Positions 48,376 to 57,186 of a stretch of DNA of 64,000 nt are shown here, piece after piece. The DNA comes from a bacterium. Lineage in GTDB: Bacteria; Krumholzibacteriota; Krumholzibacteriia; LZORAL124-64-63. The first letter of the stretch is position 1. Each line of letters starts with the position of its first letter. A program made the translations under genes and the position numbers. The DNA is taken from contig JAAEQC010000092.1 of NCBI GenBank assembly GCA_024231905.1, positions 88,726-152,725 of the forward strand, read 5' to 3'. The notes beneath the pieces were generated by a model, which made no database searches, was not told the origin of the DNA, and worked only from the letters and a program-made list of their open reading frames with translations.

Positions 48376-48953
48376 CCCACGCCGCGAAGAAGACCAGGGC
48401 CTGGCTGGGGCTGGGTGCCAACCAGGGGGACCGGCGTTCGTGTCTGCGAGCCGCCGTGCTCGACCTGGCCGCCGAGCCGGGGCTGCGCGTAACGGCCGTG
48501 AGCGGTCTGTGGGAGTCGGAGTATGTGGGACCGGGGGAGCAGGACCCCTATCTGAACGCCTGTGTCGAAGTGGAGACCTACCTCGCCCCGCCGGTGCTGC
48601 TGGGGCTGTGCAAGGCCCTTGAACGGGCCTATGGCCGGACACCGGACACCCACCTGCAGCCCCGTCCCCTGGACCTGGACGTGCTGCTCTACGGCGACCT
48701 GCACCAGTCGGATGCCGATCCGCTGCTGCCCCATCCGCGACTGGCCGCCCGGGCCTTCGTGCTGGAGCCCCTGGCCCAGATCGCACCGGCGCGCGTGTTG
48801 CCGGATTCGGGGAAGACAGTGAACGCGGCGTGTGCGAAGATTCGCCGCGAAGGAGGTTCGTGGGTCCGGTTCCTGCCGGATCCCGCATGGCCGCCGCGCG
48901 TGGCCGACACGGAGGAGGACGGGCGTGCTGCCCTGGAGCTACATCGTCGTTGA
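48372..48953 (+). CDS. folK: 2-amino-4-hydroxy-6-hydroxymethyldihydropteridine diphosphokinase
   Basis: GTG 48372 overlaps the folB stop (GTGA). AWLGLGANQGD, PRPLDLDVLLYGD and PHPRLAARAFVLEPL. Confidence 0.85.
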   Translation: MTHAAKKTRAWLGLGANQGDRRSCLRAAVLDLAAEPGLRVTAVSGLWESEYVGPGEQDPYLNACVEVETYLAPPVLLGLCKALERAYGRTPDTHLQPRPLDLDVLLYGDLHQSDADPLLPHPRLAARAFVLEPLAQIAPARVLPDSGKTVNAACAKIRREGGSWVRFLPDPAWPPRVADTEEDGRAALELHRR

Positions 48954-49569
48954 AGGGGTCATCGGGGTCGGCAAAACGAGCCTCACCAAGCTGCTCACCA
49001 CCCGCACTTCGGGCCGGCTGAACCTGGAGGTTGTCGAGGAGAACCCATTCCTGGGCAGCTTCTACCAGGACCGGTCGAGCTACGCTTTCCAGACCCAGAT
49101 ATTCTTTCTGCTCAGCCGCTACCGGCAGCAGCAGAATCTCTTCCAGCAGGAGCTCTTTACCGAGACCCTCGTCTCGGATTATCTCTTCGCCAAAGACAAG
49201 ATCTTCGCGAACCTGAACCTGAGCGACGACGAACTGGTCCTCTACAACCAGCTGGCCGTCATCCTCGAGCAGCGCGTGCGTCCGCCGGACCTGGTCATCT
49301 ACCTGCAGGCCCGCACCGAGATGCTCCTGCAGCGCATCCACTGGCGGGGGCGGGCCTTCGAACAGGACATGGATCCTGACTATCTGGAGGCGCTCAACGA
49401 CGCCTACAGCTATTTTTTCCACCACTACAAGGACTCGCCCCTCTTGGTGGTGAACACCGACAAGCTGGACTTCGTGAACGTGCCCGGGGATTTCGAGTTG
49501 CTCTTCGAACAACTCACCGAACACTTCGCCGGGACCCGGTACTTCGCACCGGACACCCGGAGTTCCTGA
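48925..49569 (+). CDS. deoxynucleoside kinase
   Basis: GTG 48925 with GGAGGAGGA upstream; overlaps the folK 3' end by 29 nt. IVVEGVIGVGKTSL, ENPFLGSFY and FQTQIFFLLSRY. Confidence 0.8.
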   Translation: MLPWSYIVVEGVIGVGKTSLTKLLTTRTSGRLNLEVVEENPFLGSFYQDRSSYAFQTQIFFLLSRYRQQQNLFQQELFTETLVSDYLFAKDKIFANLNLSDDELVLYNQLAVILEQRVRPPDLVIYLQARTEMLLQRIHWRGRAFEQDMDPDYLEALNDAYSYFFHHYKDSPLLVVNTDKLDFVNVPGDFELLFEQLTEHFAGTRYFAPDTRSS

Positions 49570-49609
49570 AGCGCGAGGCCGGCCCGGCCGGCCCGGAAAG
49601 GACGGGGAC

Positions 49610-50491
49610 ATGGTAGCGAAGCGTCGGCCGCGCACCCTGGACATCTTCGCCCGCCGCAAACGGCGCGGCGAGAAGCTGGCCCTGCTCACGGCCTACGACC
49701 TGACGAGCGCGCGCATCGCCGCGTCCGCCGGCGTGGACGCGATCCTGGTGGGCGACTCGTTGGGCATGGTCGTCCTGGGCCATGAGAATACCCTGCCGGT
49801 AACGGTGGATGACGTGCTCCATCACAGCGCTGCGGTAGTCCGGGCGCGCCCGGGCGTGCCGGTCATCGCGGACATGCCCTACGGCAGCTTCCACCTGGAC
49901 CCGGCGCTCACCGTCGAGTCGGCCCTGCGCCTGGTAAAGGAGGCCGGTGTCCAGGCGGTGAAGCTCGAGGGTGGCCGCAACCGCGCCGAGCATATCGCCG
50001 CCCTGCTGGACGCGGAGATCCCGGTCATGGGCCACCTGGGCTTGACGCCCCAGTCCATCCATCGCTTCGGCGGCTACAAGGTGCAGGGGCGGGGGGGGGA
50101 AGCCGCGCGCATCCTGGCGGACGAGGCGGCATTCCTGGCCGACGCTGGCTGTTTCTCCCTGGTGCTGGAGTGCATTCCGGCGCCCCTGGCCCAGGCCGTG
50201 AGCGAGGCCTCGCCCATCCCCACCATCGGCATCGGCGCCGGCCAGGGCTGCGACGGCCAGGTGCTCGTCTTCCACGACTTGCTGGGTCTCTTCGACGGTC
50301 TGGCGCCCCGCTTCGTCAAGCGTTACGCCGAACTGGGGCGGGACGCCACCGCAGCGGTGACCAACTACGTGGACGAGGTGCGGTCGGGCACCTTCCCGGG
50401 ACCCGAACACGTTTACGACGACGACAAGGATCTGGGGCCCGGCATGGCCGGCTACCTGGGCGGTGGCGGGAAGGACGAGCCCGCTTCATGA
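49610..50491 (+). CDS. panB: 3-methyl-2-oxobutanoate hydroxymethyltransferase
   Basis: LTAYDLTSARIA..., ILVGDSLGMVVLGHENTLPVT, VKLEGG and GHLGLTPQS. Confidence 0.93.
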   Translation: MVAKRRPRTLDIFARRKRRGEKLALLTAYDLTSARIAASAGVDAILVGDSLGMVVLGHENTLPVTVDDVLHHSAAVVRARPGVPVIADMPYGSFHLDPALTVESALRLVKEAGVQAVKLEGGRNRAEHIAALLDAEIPVMGHLGLTPQSIHRFGGYKVQGRGGEAARILADEAAFLADAGCFSLVLECIPAPLAQAVSEASPIPTIGIGAGQGCDGQVLVFHDLLGLFDGLAPRFVKRYAELGRDATAAVTNYVDEVRSGTFPGPEHVYDDDKDLGPGMAGYLGGGGKDEPAS

Positions 50492-51366
50492 AGCTCCTGC
50501 GCACGGCAGAGGATCTGGGCACTCTGGACAGCTTGCGCGACGGGAACCTGACGGTCGTCCCCACCATGGGGGCCCTGCACGAGGGCCACCTGAGCCTGGT
50601 ACGGGCGGCGGCCTCCCACGGTCCGGTGGTAGTGACGGCCTTCGTCAACCCCACCCAGTTCGCGCCCGGCGAGGACTACGACGCCTACCCGCGTGACCTG
50701 CAGCAGGACCTGGATCTATTGGCGCCCCTGGCGCCGGCAGCGGTCTTCGCCCCGGACACGGCCACCGTGTACGGCGACGGCCGGGGCGTGACGATCCAGC
50801 CGGGTCGTTACGCGGAGGGACTGTGCGGCGCGGATCGCCCGGGCCACTTTGCGGGCGTGCTCACGGTGGTGGCGCGGCTCTTCGGACTGGTGCGGCCGGA
50901 CGTGGCCGTCTTCGGGCGGAAGGACGCCCAGCAGTGTCTGGTCATCGGCGAGATGGTGGCCGACCTACGGCTGCCGGTGCGACTGGTGGACGTGCCCACC
51001 GTGCGGGAGAACGACGGCCTGGCCATGTCCTCCCGCAATCGCTACCTGGACCATGCGGAACGGGCGCGGGCCGCCTGTCTGTGGCGCGGCTTGAGCGCCG
51101 CCCGTGCTCTGGCGCAGACGGGTGAGCGATCCGCTGCCCGATTGCGCGAGGCAGTGGCGGCGGCCCTGGCGGACGCCGACGAAATCGAGTACATCCAGGT
51201 GCGCAGTGTCGGCGACTGGACCGCCCCGGACCGGGTGACCGGCCGTACGCTCCTGGCGGTAGCGGCCCGGGTGGGCCCGGCGCGGCTCATCGACAACCTG
51301 GTTTTGGACATAACCGACGACGGAGCGGCCCCATGCGGCCTGCTCGATCACGGAGGAAACGCATGA
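50488..51366 (+). CDS. panC: pantoate-beta-alanine ligase
   Basis: ATG 50488 overlaps the panB stop (ATGA). VPTMGALHEGHLSLV, FVNPTQF, GHFAGVLTVV, FGRKDAQQ and MSSRN. Confidence 0.93.
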   Translation: MKLLRTAEDLGTLDSLRDGNLTVVPTMGALHEGHLSLVRAAASHGPVVVTAFVNPTQFAPGEDYDAYPRDLQQDLDLLAPLAPAAVFAPDTATVYGDGRGVTIQPGRYAEGLCGADRPGHFAGVLTVVARLFGLVRPDVAVFGRKDAQQCLVIGEMVADLRLPVRLVDVPTVRENDGLAMSSRNRYLDHAERARAACLWRGLSAARALAQTGERSAARLREAVAAALADADEIEYIQVRSVGDWTAPDRVTGRTLLAVAARVGPARLIDNLVLDITDDGAAPCGLLDHGGNA

Positions 51367-52118
51367 CGGCGAGCGGCGGACACGGAAGCATGGAAGCGGT
51401 GGTGCTGGCCGCGGGCAAGGGCACGCGCATGAAGTCGGACCTGCCCAAGGTGCTGCACCCCCTGGACGGTAGGCCCCTGTTGGATCACGTGCTGGACACG
51501 GTGGCGGCGGTGGGCGTAGGACACACGGTGGTGGTGGTGGGGCACATGGCGGACAAAGTGGAAGCGAACTGCGGCCGGTCCGGCCTGGACTTCGTGGTGC
51601 AGGATCCCCAGCTGGGGACCGGACACGCGGTGCAGGTGGCGGCGCCCGCCCTGCAGGGCGGCGGCCACACGGTGGTGCTGGCGGGGGATGTGCCCTTGCT
51701 GCGCCCGGAAACCCTCGCGCGGCTCCTGGATGGCGCTGCCACTGGCGGAGCGGCGGCCACGGTCCTGACCTGCGTGGTGCCCGACGCCGGCGCCTACGGA
51801 CGCATCGTCAAGGACACCGCGGGGCGTGTGCTGCGCATCGTCGAAGCCCGGGACGCCGGGCCCGAGGAACTGGCCATCGGCGAATACAACACGGGCGTCT
51901 TCTGTTACCGCACGGACCTGCTCCGGGAAGCCCTGGACCACCTGACCACCGATAATGACCAGGGCGAGTATTACTTGACCGATACGGTATCCTGGCTGGT
52001 GGAGGCCGGGCACGAGGTCACGGCCGTGGCCACCGAGGACCCGGACGAAGTGGTGGGCATCAACACCGTCGACGAACTGGCGGCAGCCGCGGCCATCCTG
52101 GCCGGGCGGCAGGAGTGA
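51363..52118 (+). CDS. GlmU-like sugar-1-phosphate uridylyltransferase domain only (no acetyltransferase beta-helix)
   Basis: ATG 51363 overlaps the panC stop (ATGA); an alternative ATG lies at 51390. VVLAAGKGTRMKSDLPKVLHPL, QLGTGHAV, GDVPLL, YNTGVFC and EYYLTD. The ORF ends after about 250 aa. Confidence 0.7.
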   Translation: MTASGGHGSMEAVVLAAGKGTRMKSDLPKVLHPLDGRPLLDHVLDTVAAVGVGHTVVVVGHMADKVEANCGRSGLDFVVQDPQLGTGHAVQVAAPALQGGGHTVVLAGDVPLLRPETLARLLDGAATGGAAATVLTCVVPDAGAYGRIVKDTAGRVLRIVEARDAGPEELAIGEYNTGVFCYRTDLLREALDHLTTDNDQGEYYLTDTVSWLVEAGHEVTAVATEDPDEVVGINTVDELAAAAAILAGRQE

Positions 52119-52618
52119 GCGTGGAGCGTCTCTGCACACCCTGGAGGTTCGATTACGTGACCGGAGCCATCAAAGAGCAAGGGTGTGTCTTCTGCAATCG
52201 GCTGGACGCTCCCGACAAGGAGCACTACGTGCTGCACCGGGGGCGCTACTGGTACGTCATCCTCAACCTTTACCCTTACAACAACGGGCACTTGCTGCTG
52301 GTGCTGAACCGCCACCTGGGCCTGCTGGGCGACTGCACTGCCGAGGAACTGGCCGAAATGGCCCAGCTCTTCGGTGTCATGGAGAAGGCGTTGACCGAGT
52401 GCTACCAACCCCACGGGGTCAACGCCGGCTACAACGGCGGCACCCCGGCCGGAGCGGGCATTCCCGAACATCTCCACCTGCACATGCTGCCCCGCTGGTC
52501 CGGGGACACGAACTTCATGACCACCATCGGTGAGACCCGGGTCATGCCCCAGACCCTGGATCAGAGTTGGGAACTGCTGCACCCGGTCATGACCCGCCTG
52601 GTGGCGGAACGGGCGTGA
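52115..52618 (+). CDS. HIT-family nucleotide hydrolase/transferase
   Basis: GTG 52115 overlaps the upstream stop (GTGA). CVFC, ILNLYPYNNGHLLLV and the histidine triad PEHLHLHMLPR. Confidence 0.8.
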   Translation: MSVERLCTPWRFDYVTGAIKEQGCVFCNRLDAPDKEHYVLHRGRYWYVILNLYPYNNGHLLLVLNRHLGLLGDCTAEELAEMAQLFGVMEKALTECYQPHGVNAGYNGGTPAGAGIPEHLHLHMLPRWSGDTNFMTTIGETRVMPQTLDQSWELLHPVMTRLVAERA

Positions 52619-53061
52619 GGCCGCGGGCGGTTACCTGGCTGATCCTGGCGGTGGCCCTGGGCGCGGCGGCGCTGGTGGCCGGCGTGCGCGGTACCGGCGG
52701 CGGTGACGGGACGACGGCCTTTCCGGCTGCCACCGAACCCGTCGGGGCGCCCCACCTGCTCGTCCTCAACGGTGCCGGCCGCTCCGGTCTGGCCCGGGAG
52801 ATCTCCCTCCTGCTCGGTCCGGCCGGTTGTGTGGCCGCGGGCGTCGACAACGCCCCGGGCCCGGCGCGCGCCGCGAGCGTGCTGGTGAACCGGCGGCTGC
52901 CAGACGTTCACGCCGACCGTCTGGCCCGGCGCCTGGGGAACCTGCCGGTCCTGCGGGAGTGGGACGGGCGGACGGCCGAGGATGCGGTGCTGGTCCTGGG
53001 CGCCGATTGGGAACGGGTCCGCACGGCCCTGGCGGCCGCGGGCGACGATCCTGCAAATTGA
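52615..53061 (+). CDS. membrane-anchored LytR_C-domain protein
   Basis: GTG 52615 overlaps the HIT stop (GTGA). N-terminal TM segment VTWLILAVALGAAALVAG. HLLVLNGAGRSGLAREISLLL and LVLGADW resemble LytR C-terminal domains. Confidence 0.55.
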   Translation: MRPRAVTWLILAVALGAAALVAGVRGTGGGDGTTAFPAATEPVGAPHLLVLNGAGRSGLAREISLLLGPAGCVAAGVDNAPGPARAASVLVNRRLPDVHADRLARRLGNLPVLREWDGRTAEDAVLVLGADWERVRTALAAAGDDPAN

Positions 53062-53148
53062 AGGTGGTTCGCCGCCCGGGCGACGGTTATCATGAAGGAT
53101 CAGGAACGGGCTTCGGTCCGCGGGAGGAACCCATCCGATAGGCGGGAC

Positions 53149-53412
53149 ATGCGCAAGTCACTAGGCACCATCATCATCTCGCTGCTGCTGGGCGTGCTGA
53201 TCGGCGCCATCTTCAGCGAGGTCATCGGCCTCTTTCTCAGCGAAGGCAGCGTCGCCGAGCAACTCTTCGTGCGCTACGTGTCCTTCGGGCCCGAGGTCAC
53301 CCACTGGAACCTGGTGATCCTCGACCTGACGTTCGGATTCCAGATCCACTTCAACCTGATGAGCGTGATCGGGGTCTTCATCGCCTCGCAGCTCCTCAGG
53401 TGGTACCGCTAG
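53149..53412 (+). CDS. small membrane protein, DUF4321-like
   Basis: ATG 53149. 87 aa. LGTIIISLLLGVLIGAIFSEVIGLFL ... LDLTFGFQIHFNLMSVIGVFIA matches my recollection of DUF4321. Confidence 0.5.
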   Translation: MRKSLGTIIISLLLGVLIGAIFSEVIGLFLSEGSVAEQLFVRYVSFGPEVTHWNLVILDLTFGFQIHFNLMSVIGVFIASQLLRWYR

Positions 53413-53445
53413 CCGGTCTTCCGGCTCGCTATCGGAGGTCTCGAC

Positions 53446-53703
53446 ATGACCACTTCCCTCGCCATTATCCCCGGTGTGACGGGTGGGTGGGAACTGCTGC
53501 TCATCCTGGCGTTGGTGCTCCTGCTCTTCGGACCCAAGCGTCTGCCTGAGATCGCCGACGCCATGGGCAAGTCCATCCGCAAGTTCAAGTCCGCCACTCG
53601 CGGTGCCACCGACGAGGTGAAGCGCGAGCTGGACGACGTGGCCCGCGAGGTCCGCGCCGACGACGCGCCGGAGGACAAGCCCAAGGAAAGCGACGCCAAG
53701 TGA
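53446..53703 (+). CDS. tatA: twin-arginine translocase subunit TatA/E
   Basis: WELLLILALVLLLFGPKRLPEIADAMGKSIRKFK, then a charged tail. 85 aa. Confidence 0.85.
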   Translation: MTTSLAIIPGVTGGWELLLILALVLLLFGPKRLPEIADAMGKSIRKFKSATRGATDEVKRELDDVAREVRADDAPEDKPKESDAK

Positions 53704-53746
53704 CGCCGGGTCGAGGGACGCGACGGTGCCGTCCGGGAGGACGGCC

Positions 53747-56029
53747 GTGAATCTCGCCCAGTTGCTGGACACCCTCAAGGCAGACGACCGCTTCATCCGT
53801 CACGTCACCCGCTGGGAACGGATCCCGGCTGCGGCGGGGCGCTACGCCGATTTTCCGGCGGGACTGGATCCGCGCCTGGAGAAAGTGCTGCGTGGCCGCG
53901 GCGTCGACCGGCTCTACAGCCACCAAGCGGCGGCGGTGAACCATGCCCTGGCGGGGGAGTCGGTGGTGGTGCCCACGCCCACGGCCTCGGGCAAGACCCT
54001 CTGCTACAACCTGCCGGTGCTGGACCGCATCCTCCGCGAGCCGTCGGCTCGCGCTCTCTACCTCTTCCCGACCAAGGCCCTGGCCCAGGACCAGATGCAC
54101 GAAGTGCACGGCCTGGTGCAGGACCTGGGCGTGGATATCAAGACCTTCACCTTCGACGGGGATACGCCTGAGACCGCTCGCCGGGCCATCCGCAGCAGCG
54201 GCCACATCGTGGTCACCAATCCGGATATGCTGCACCAGGGCATCCTGCCCCACCACACTTTGTGGGTGAAGCTCTTCGAGAACCTGCGTTACGTGGTGGT
54301 GGACGAGGTGCATCAGTACCGGGGCGTCTTCGGCAGTCACGTGGCCAACGTGCTGCGGCGTCTGCGGCGGGTGGCCGATTTCTACGGGGCGTCGCCCCAG
54401 TTCATCTGCTGTTCGGCCACCATCGCCAACCCGCGGGAACTGGCCACGCGCCTGACGGGCATGGACGTGGCCGAGGTGGCCGAGAACGGCGCACCGCGGG
54501 GTGAGAAGCACTTCGTATTCTACAACCCGCCGGTGGTGAACGCGGAGCTGGGCATTCGCCAGTCGGTGATCAAGACCACACGCCGCATCGCCGAGCGATT
54601 CATGGGCGCCGGCAGCCAGATGATCATCTTCGCCCGCAGCCGTATGCGGGTCGAACTTCTCCTGACCTACCTGGAGAAGGCGGGACGCAAGGTCGGCATC
54701 AAGAGCGGGGAAGTGCGGGGCTACCGGGGCGGCTACCTGCCCGGCGAGCGGCGAGCCATCGAACGCGGACTCCGAGACGGTTCCGTGGGTACGGTGGTCT
54801 CCACCAACGCCCTCGAACTGGGCATCGACATCGGTCGTCTGGACGTATGCGTCATGGCGGGCTACGCCGGCACCGTGGCCAGCACCTGGCAGCAGGCGGG
54901 CCGAGCAGGTCGCCGACAGGATCTGAGCGCAGTGGTCCTCGTGGCGTCCAGCAGCCCCGCCGACCAGTATGTGATCAACAATCCGGATTTCTTTTTCGGA
55001 CGCAGCCCGGAACACGCGACCCTGGATGCGGATAACCTCGTTATCCTCATGAGTCACTTGAAGTGCGCTGCCTTTGAGCTGCCCTTCCTGACCGAGGAGC
55101 GCTACGGCGGCCAGCGGGTGGACGAGATCCTCGAGTACCTGGTGGAACAACGGGTCCTGCACCGCAGCGGCGACCGCTACCACTGGATGACCGACACCTA
55201 CCCCGCCGAGGATGTCAGCCTCCGCAGCGCCGCGCCGGAGAATGTGGTCATCATCGACCAGTCGCGGCCCGGCGGGCGGATCATCGGCGAAATGGACCTC
55301 TTCAGCGCCCAGGAAATGCTCCACGACGAAGCTGTCTACATCCACGGTGCCCAGCAGTACCACGTGGACAATCTGGACTGGGAGCGACAGGAGGCCCACG
55401 TCCAGCCTGTGACAGTGGACCACTATACGGACGCCCAGCGCAAGAGCGAGTTGAAGACCCTCACCGCCGAGGAGAGCCGTCCTCTGCACACGGGAACGGC
55501 GGCCCTGGGCGAAGTGGGGCTGGTCTCCAAGGTCACGGTCTACAAGAAGATCAAGCTGGGCACCCACGAGAACGTGGGGGCTGGCCGGGTGCATCTGCCC
55601 GAGATGGAGATGCACACCACGAGCTTCTGGTGGGAACTTCCGGAGGATACGCCGGAGGATCTGGCCGCCGCGGGGCTGGACCTGGGCGACGCTCTCAAGG
55701 GCCTGGCTCATCTGCTGGGCCGAGTGGCGCCGGTCTTCGTCATGGCCGATCCTTCGGACCTCCACGCGACGGCCATGGTCCGCTCGCCGTTCACGGGCAA
55801 GCCCACGCTCTATCTCTACGACGCCTTTCCTGGTGGTGTCGGTTTCTCGCGCCGCATCTTCGACCAGTTTGAGGAAATCGCCGCCGCCGCCCGGACCCAC
55901 GGCCGGGCCTGCGGTTGCGGCGCCGGCTGTCCCGCCTGCGTGGGGCCGGCGGTGGAGTCGGGGAGCACAGCCCGCAACGGAGCGGTGCGCCTGCTGGATG
56001 CCCTCCTGGCCGACGCCGCCGAGGCCTGA
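53747..56029 (+). CDS. mrfA: DEAD/DEAH-box helicase with C-terminal Cys-rich DUF1998 domain (MrfA/YprA-like)
   Basis: GTG 53747 with GGGAGGA 5 nt upstream. VPTPTASGKTLCY (motif I), VVDEVHQYRG (DEVH), VSTNALELGIDIG, and C-terminal CGCGAGCPACVG. Confidence 0.75.
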   Translation: MNLAQLLDTLKADDRFIRHVTRWERIPAAAGRYADFPAGLDPRLEKVLRGRGVDRLYSHQAAAVNHALAGESVVVPTPTASGKTLCYNLPVLDRILREPSARALYLFPTKALAQDQMHEVHGLVQDLGVDIKTFTFDGDTPETARRAIRSSGHIVVTNPDMLHQGILPHHTLWVKLFENLRYVVVDEVHQYRGVFGSHVANVLRRLRRVADFYGASPQFICCSATIANPRELATRLTGMDVAEVAENGAPRGEKHFVFYNPPVVNAELGIRQSVIKTTRRIAERFMGAGSQMIIFARSRMRVELLLTYLEKAGRKVGIKSGEVRGYRGGYLPGERRAIERGLRDGSVGTVVSTNALELGIDIGRLDVCVMAGYAGTVASTWQQAGRAGRRQDLSAVVLVASSSPADQYVINNPDFFFGRSPEHATLDADNLVILMSHLKCAAFELPFLTEERYGGQRVDEILEYLVEQRVLHRSGDRYHWMTDTYPAEDVSLRSAAPENVVIIDQSRPGGRIIGEMDLFSAQEMLHDEAVYIHGAQQYHVDNLDWERQEAHVQPVTVDHYTDAQRKSELKTLTAEESRPLHTGTAALGEVGLVSKVTVYKKIKLGTHENVGAGRVHLPEMEMHTTSFWWELPEDTPEDLAAAGLDLGDALKGLAHLLGRVAPVFVMADPSDLHATAMVRSPFTGKPTLYLYDAFPGGVGFSRRIFDQFEEIAAAARTHGRACGCGAGCPACVGPAVESGSTARNGAVRLLDALLADAAEA

Positions 56030-56031
56030 TC

Positions 56032-57186
56032 TTGGATCTCCGCAAACGTCTTGCCCGGCTGGATCCCGGCCATAGGGAACCGGCGACCATGCCGGCGGCG
56101 GTTGAGCGCACGGCGGCGGAGTTTGGCCTGGAAGAGAAGGTCATGCCCGAGGGCACGATCTGGCGCCGGCGCTGCCCGGCTGTCCTGCCACCACCGGACC
56201 TGCCGGATCTGGCGGGCTTCCTGTCCCGCCACGAAACAGCCGCGCGTACCGCCGCGGATCTACTCTTTCTGGACACAGAGACCACCGGCCTGGCCGGCGG
56301 CACGGGCACGGTCCCCTTCCTGGTGGGGCTCGCCTGGTGGGACGGCGCCGATTTCGTAGTCGAACAGATCTTCCTGCCGGGACCGGCTCACGAGGGTGCC
56401 CTGCTGGCGGCGGTGGCCGAGGCGGCGTCCCATCGTCGCGTGGTGGTCACCTACAACGGTGCCAGTTTCGACCTGCCTTTGCTGCGGACCCGCGCCCTGC
56501 TCCAGCGGCATCCTTCTCCGGTGGCCGAGCTGGCCGGCTGGGATCTGGTGGTCCCGGCGCGGCGCCTCTGGTCCAGGAGCCTGCCCGACTGCCGGCAACA
56601 GACGGTGGAGGTGGAAGTGTACGGCCGGCCCCGGGGCGAGGGCGATATTCCCGGCGGCCGCATTCCCCAGGTATGGTTCGATTTCCTGGCCGAGGGCCGG
56701 GCGGACCTGCTGCCGGCGGTTCTGCGCCACAACCGCCGCGACATGGAGGGCATGGGACGTATCCTGGGAGCCGTGTGCGAGGCCGCGGCCGGCCTGGACC
56801 GGCCGGAAGACGTGGCCGCCTGGCGCGACGCCTGGTCCCGGGCGCGCATCTGCAGCCTGCGCGGTGACCACCACCGGGCGGCCGCTTGGTTGGCCCGCTC
56901 CCGGGAAGCAAAGCCGGCCGCGGGACACGCGCCCCTGGTGGCCGACGGCGTGCGCATGCTCAAGCGGCTCCGGCATTGGCCGTCGCTGGCTGACCTGATC
57001 ACCGCCGCCTTGGCGGCGGGCCTGGACGAGCCCTGGCTCCACGTGGAGGCCGCCATGCTCTACGAGCACCGCCTGGTCGATCTGGAGCGGGCCCTTGCGC
57101 ACGCGAGGGCGGCGGGCGATGATCGTCGGACGGCGCGGCTGGAACGCCGTTTGTCCGGGACGACACGGGAGGAGGAACGACCATGA
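56032..57186 (+). CDS. mrfB: RNase H-fold (DEDD-type) exonuclease with C-terminal TPR-like region (MrfB/YprB-like)
   Basis: Probable TTG 56032, 2 nt after the helicase stop (an alternative ATG lies at 56089). LLFLDTETTGL, VVTYNGASFDLPLL, HNRRDM and a helical repeat tail. Confidence 0.6.
   Translation: MDLRKRLARLDPGHREPATMPAAVERTAAEFGLEEKVMPEGTIWRRRCPAVLPPPDLPDLAGFLSRHETAARTAADLLFLDTETTGLAGGTGTVPFLVGLAWWDGADFVVEQIFLPGPAHEGALLAAVAEAASHRRVVVTYNGASFDLPLLRTRALLQRHPSPVAELAGWDLVVPARRLWSRSLPDCRQQTVEVEVYGRPRGEGDIPGGRIPQVWFDFLAEGRADLLPAVLRHNRRDMEGMGRILGAVCEAAAGLDRPEDVAAWRDAWSRARICSLRGDHHRAAAWLARSREAKPAAGHAPLVADGVRMLKRLRHWPSLADLITAALAAGLDEPWLHVEAAMLYEHRLVDLERALAHARAAGDDRRTARLERRLSGTTREEERP

Noticed and set aside
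53747-56029. The DUF1998-containing helicase as part of a DISARM/Druantia-like phage-defence island.
   Set aside because: No methyltransferase, PLD nuclease or other defence genes flank it. The neighbours are tatA and a PpiD-like chaperone, and the adjacent YprB-type exonuclease fits the MrfAB repair pair. This is kept only as a caveat in the finding.
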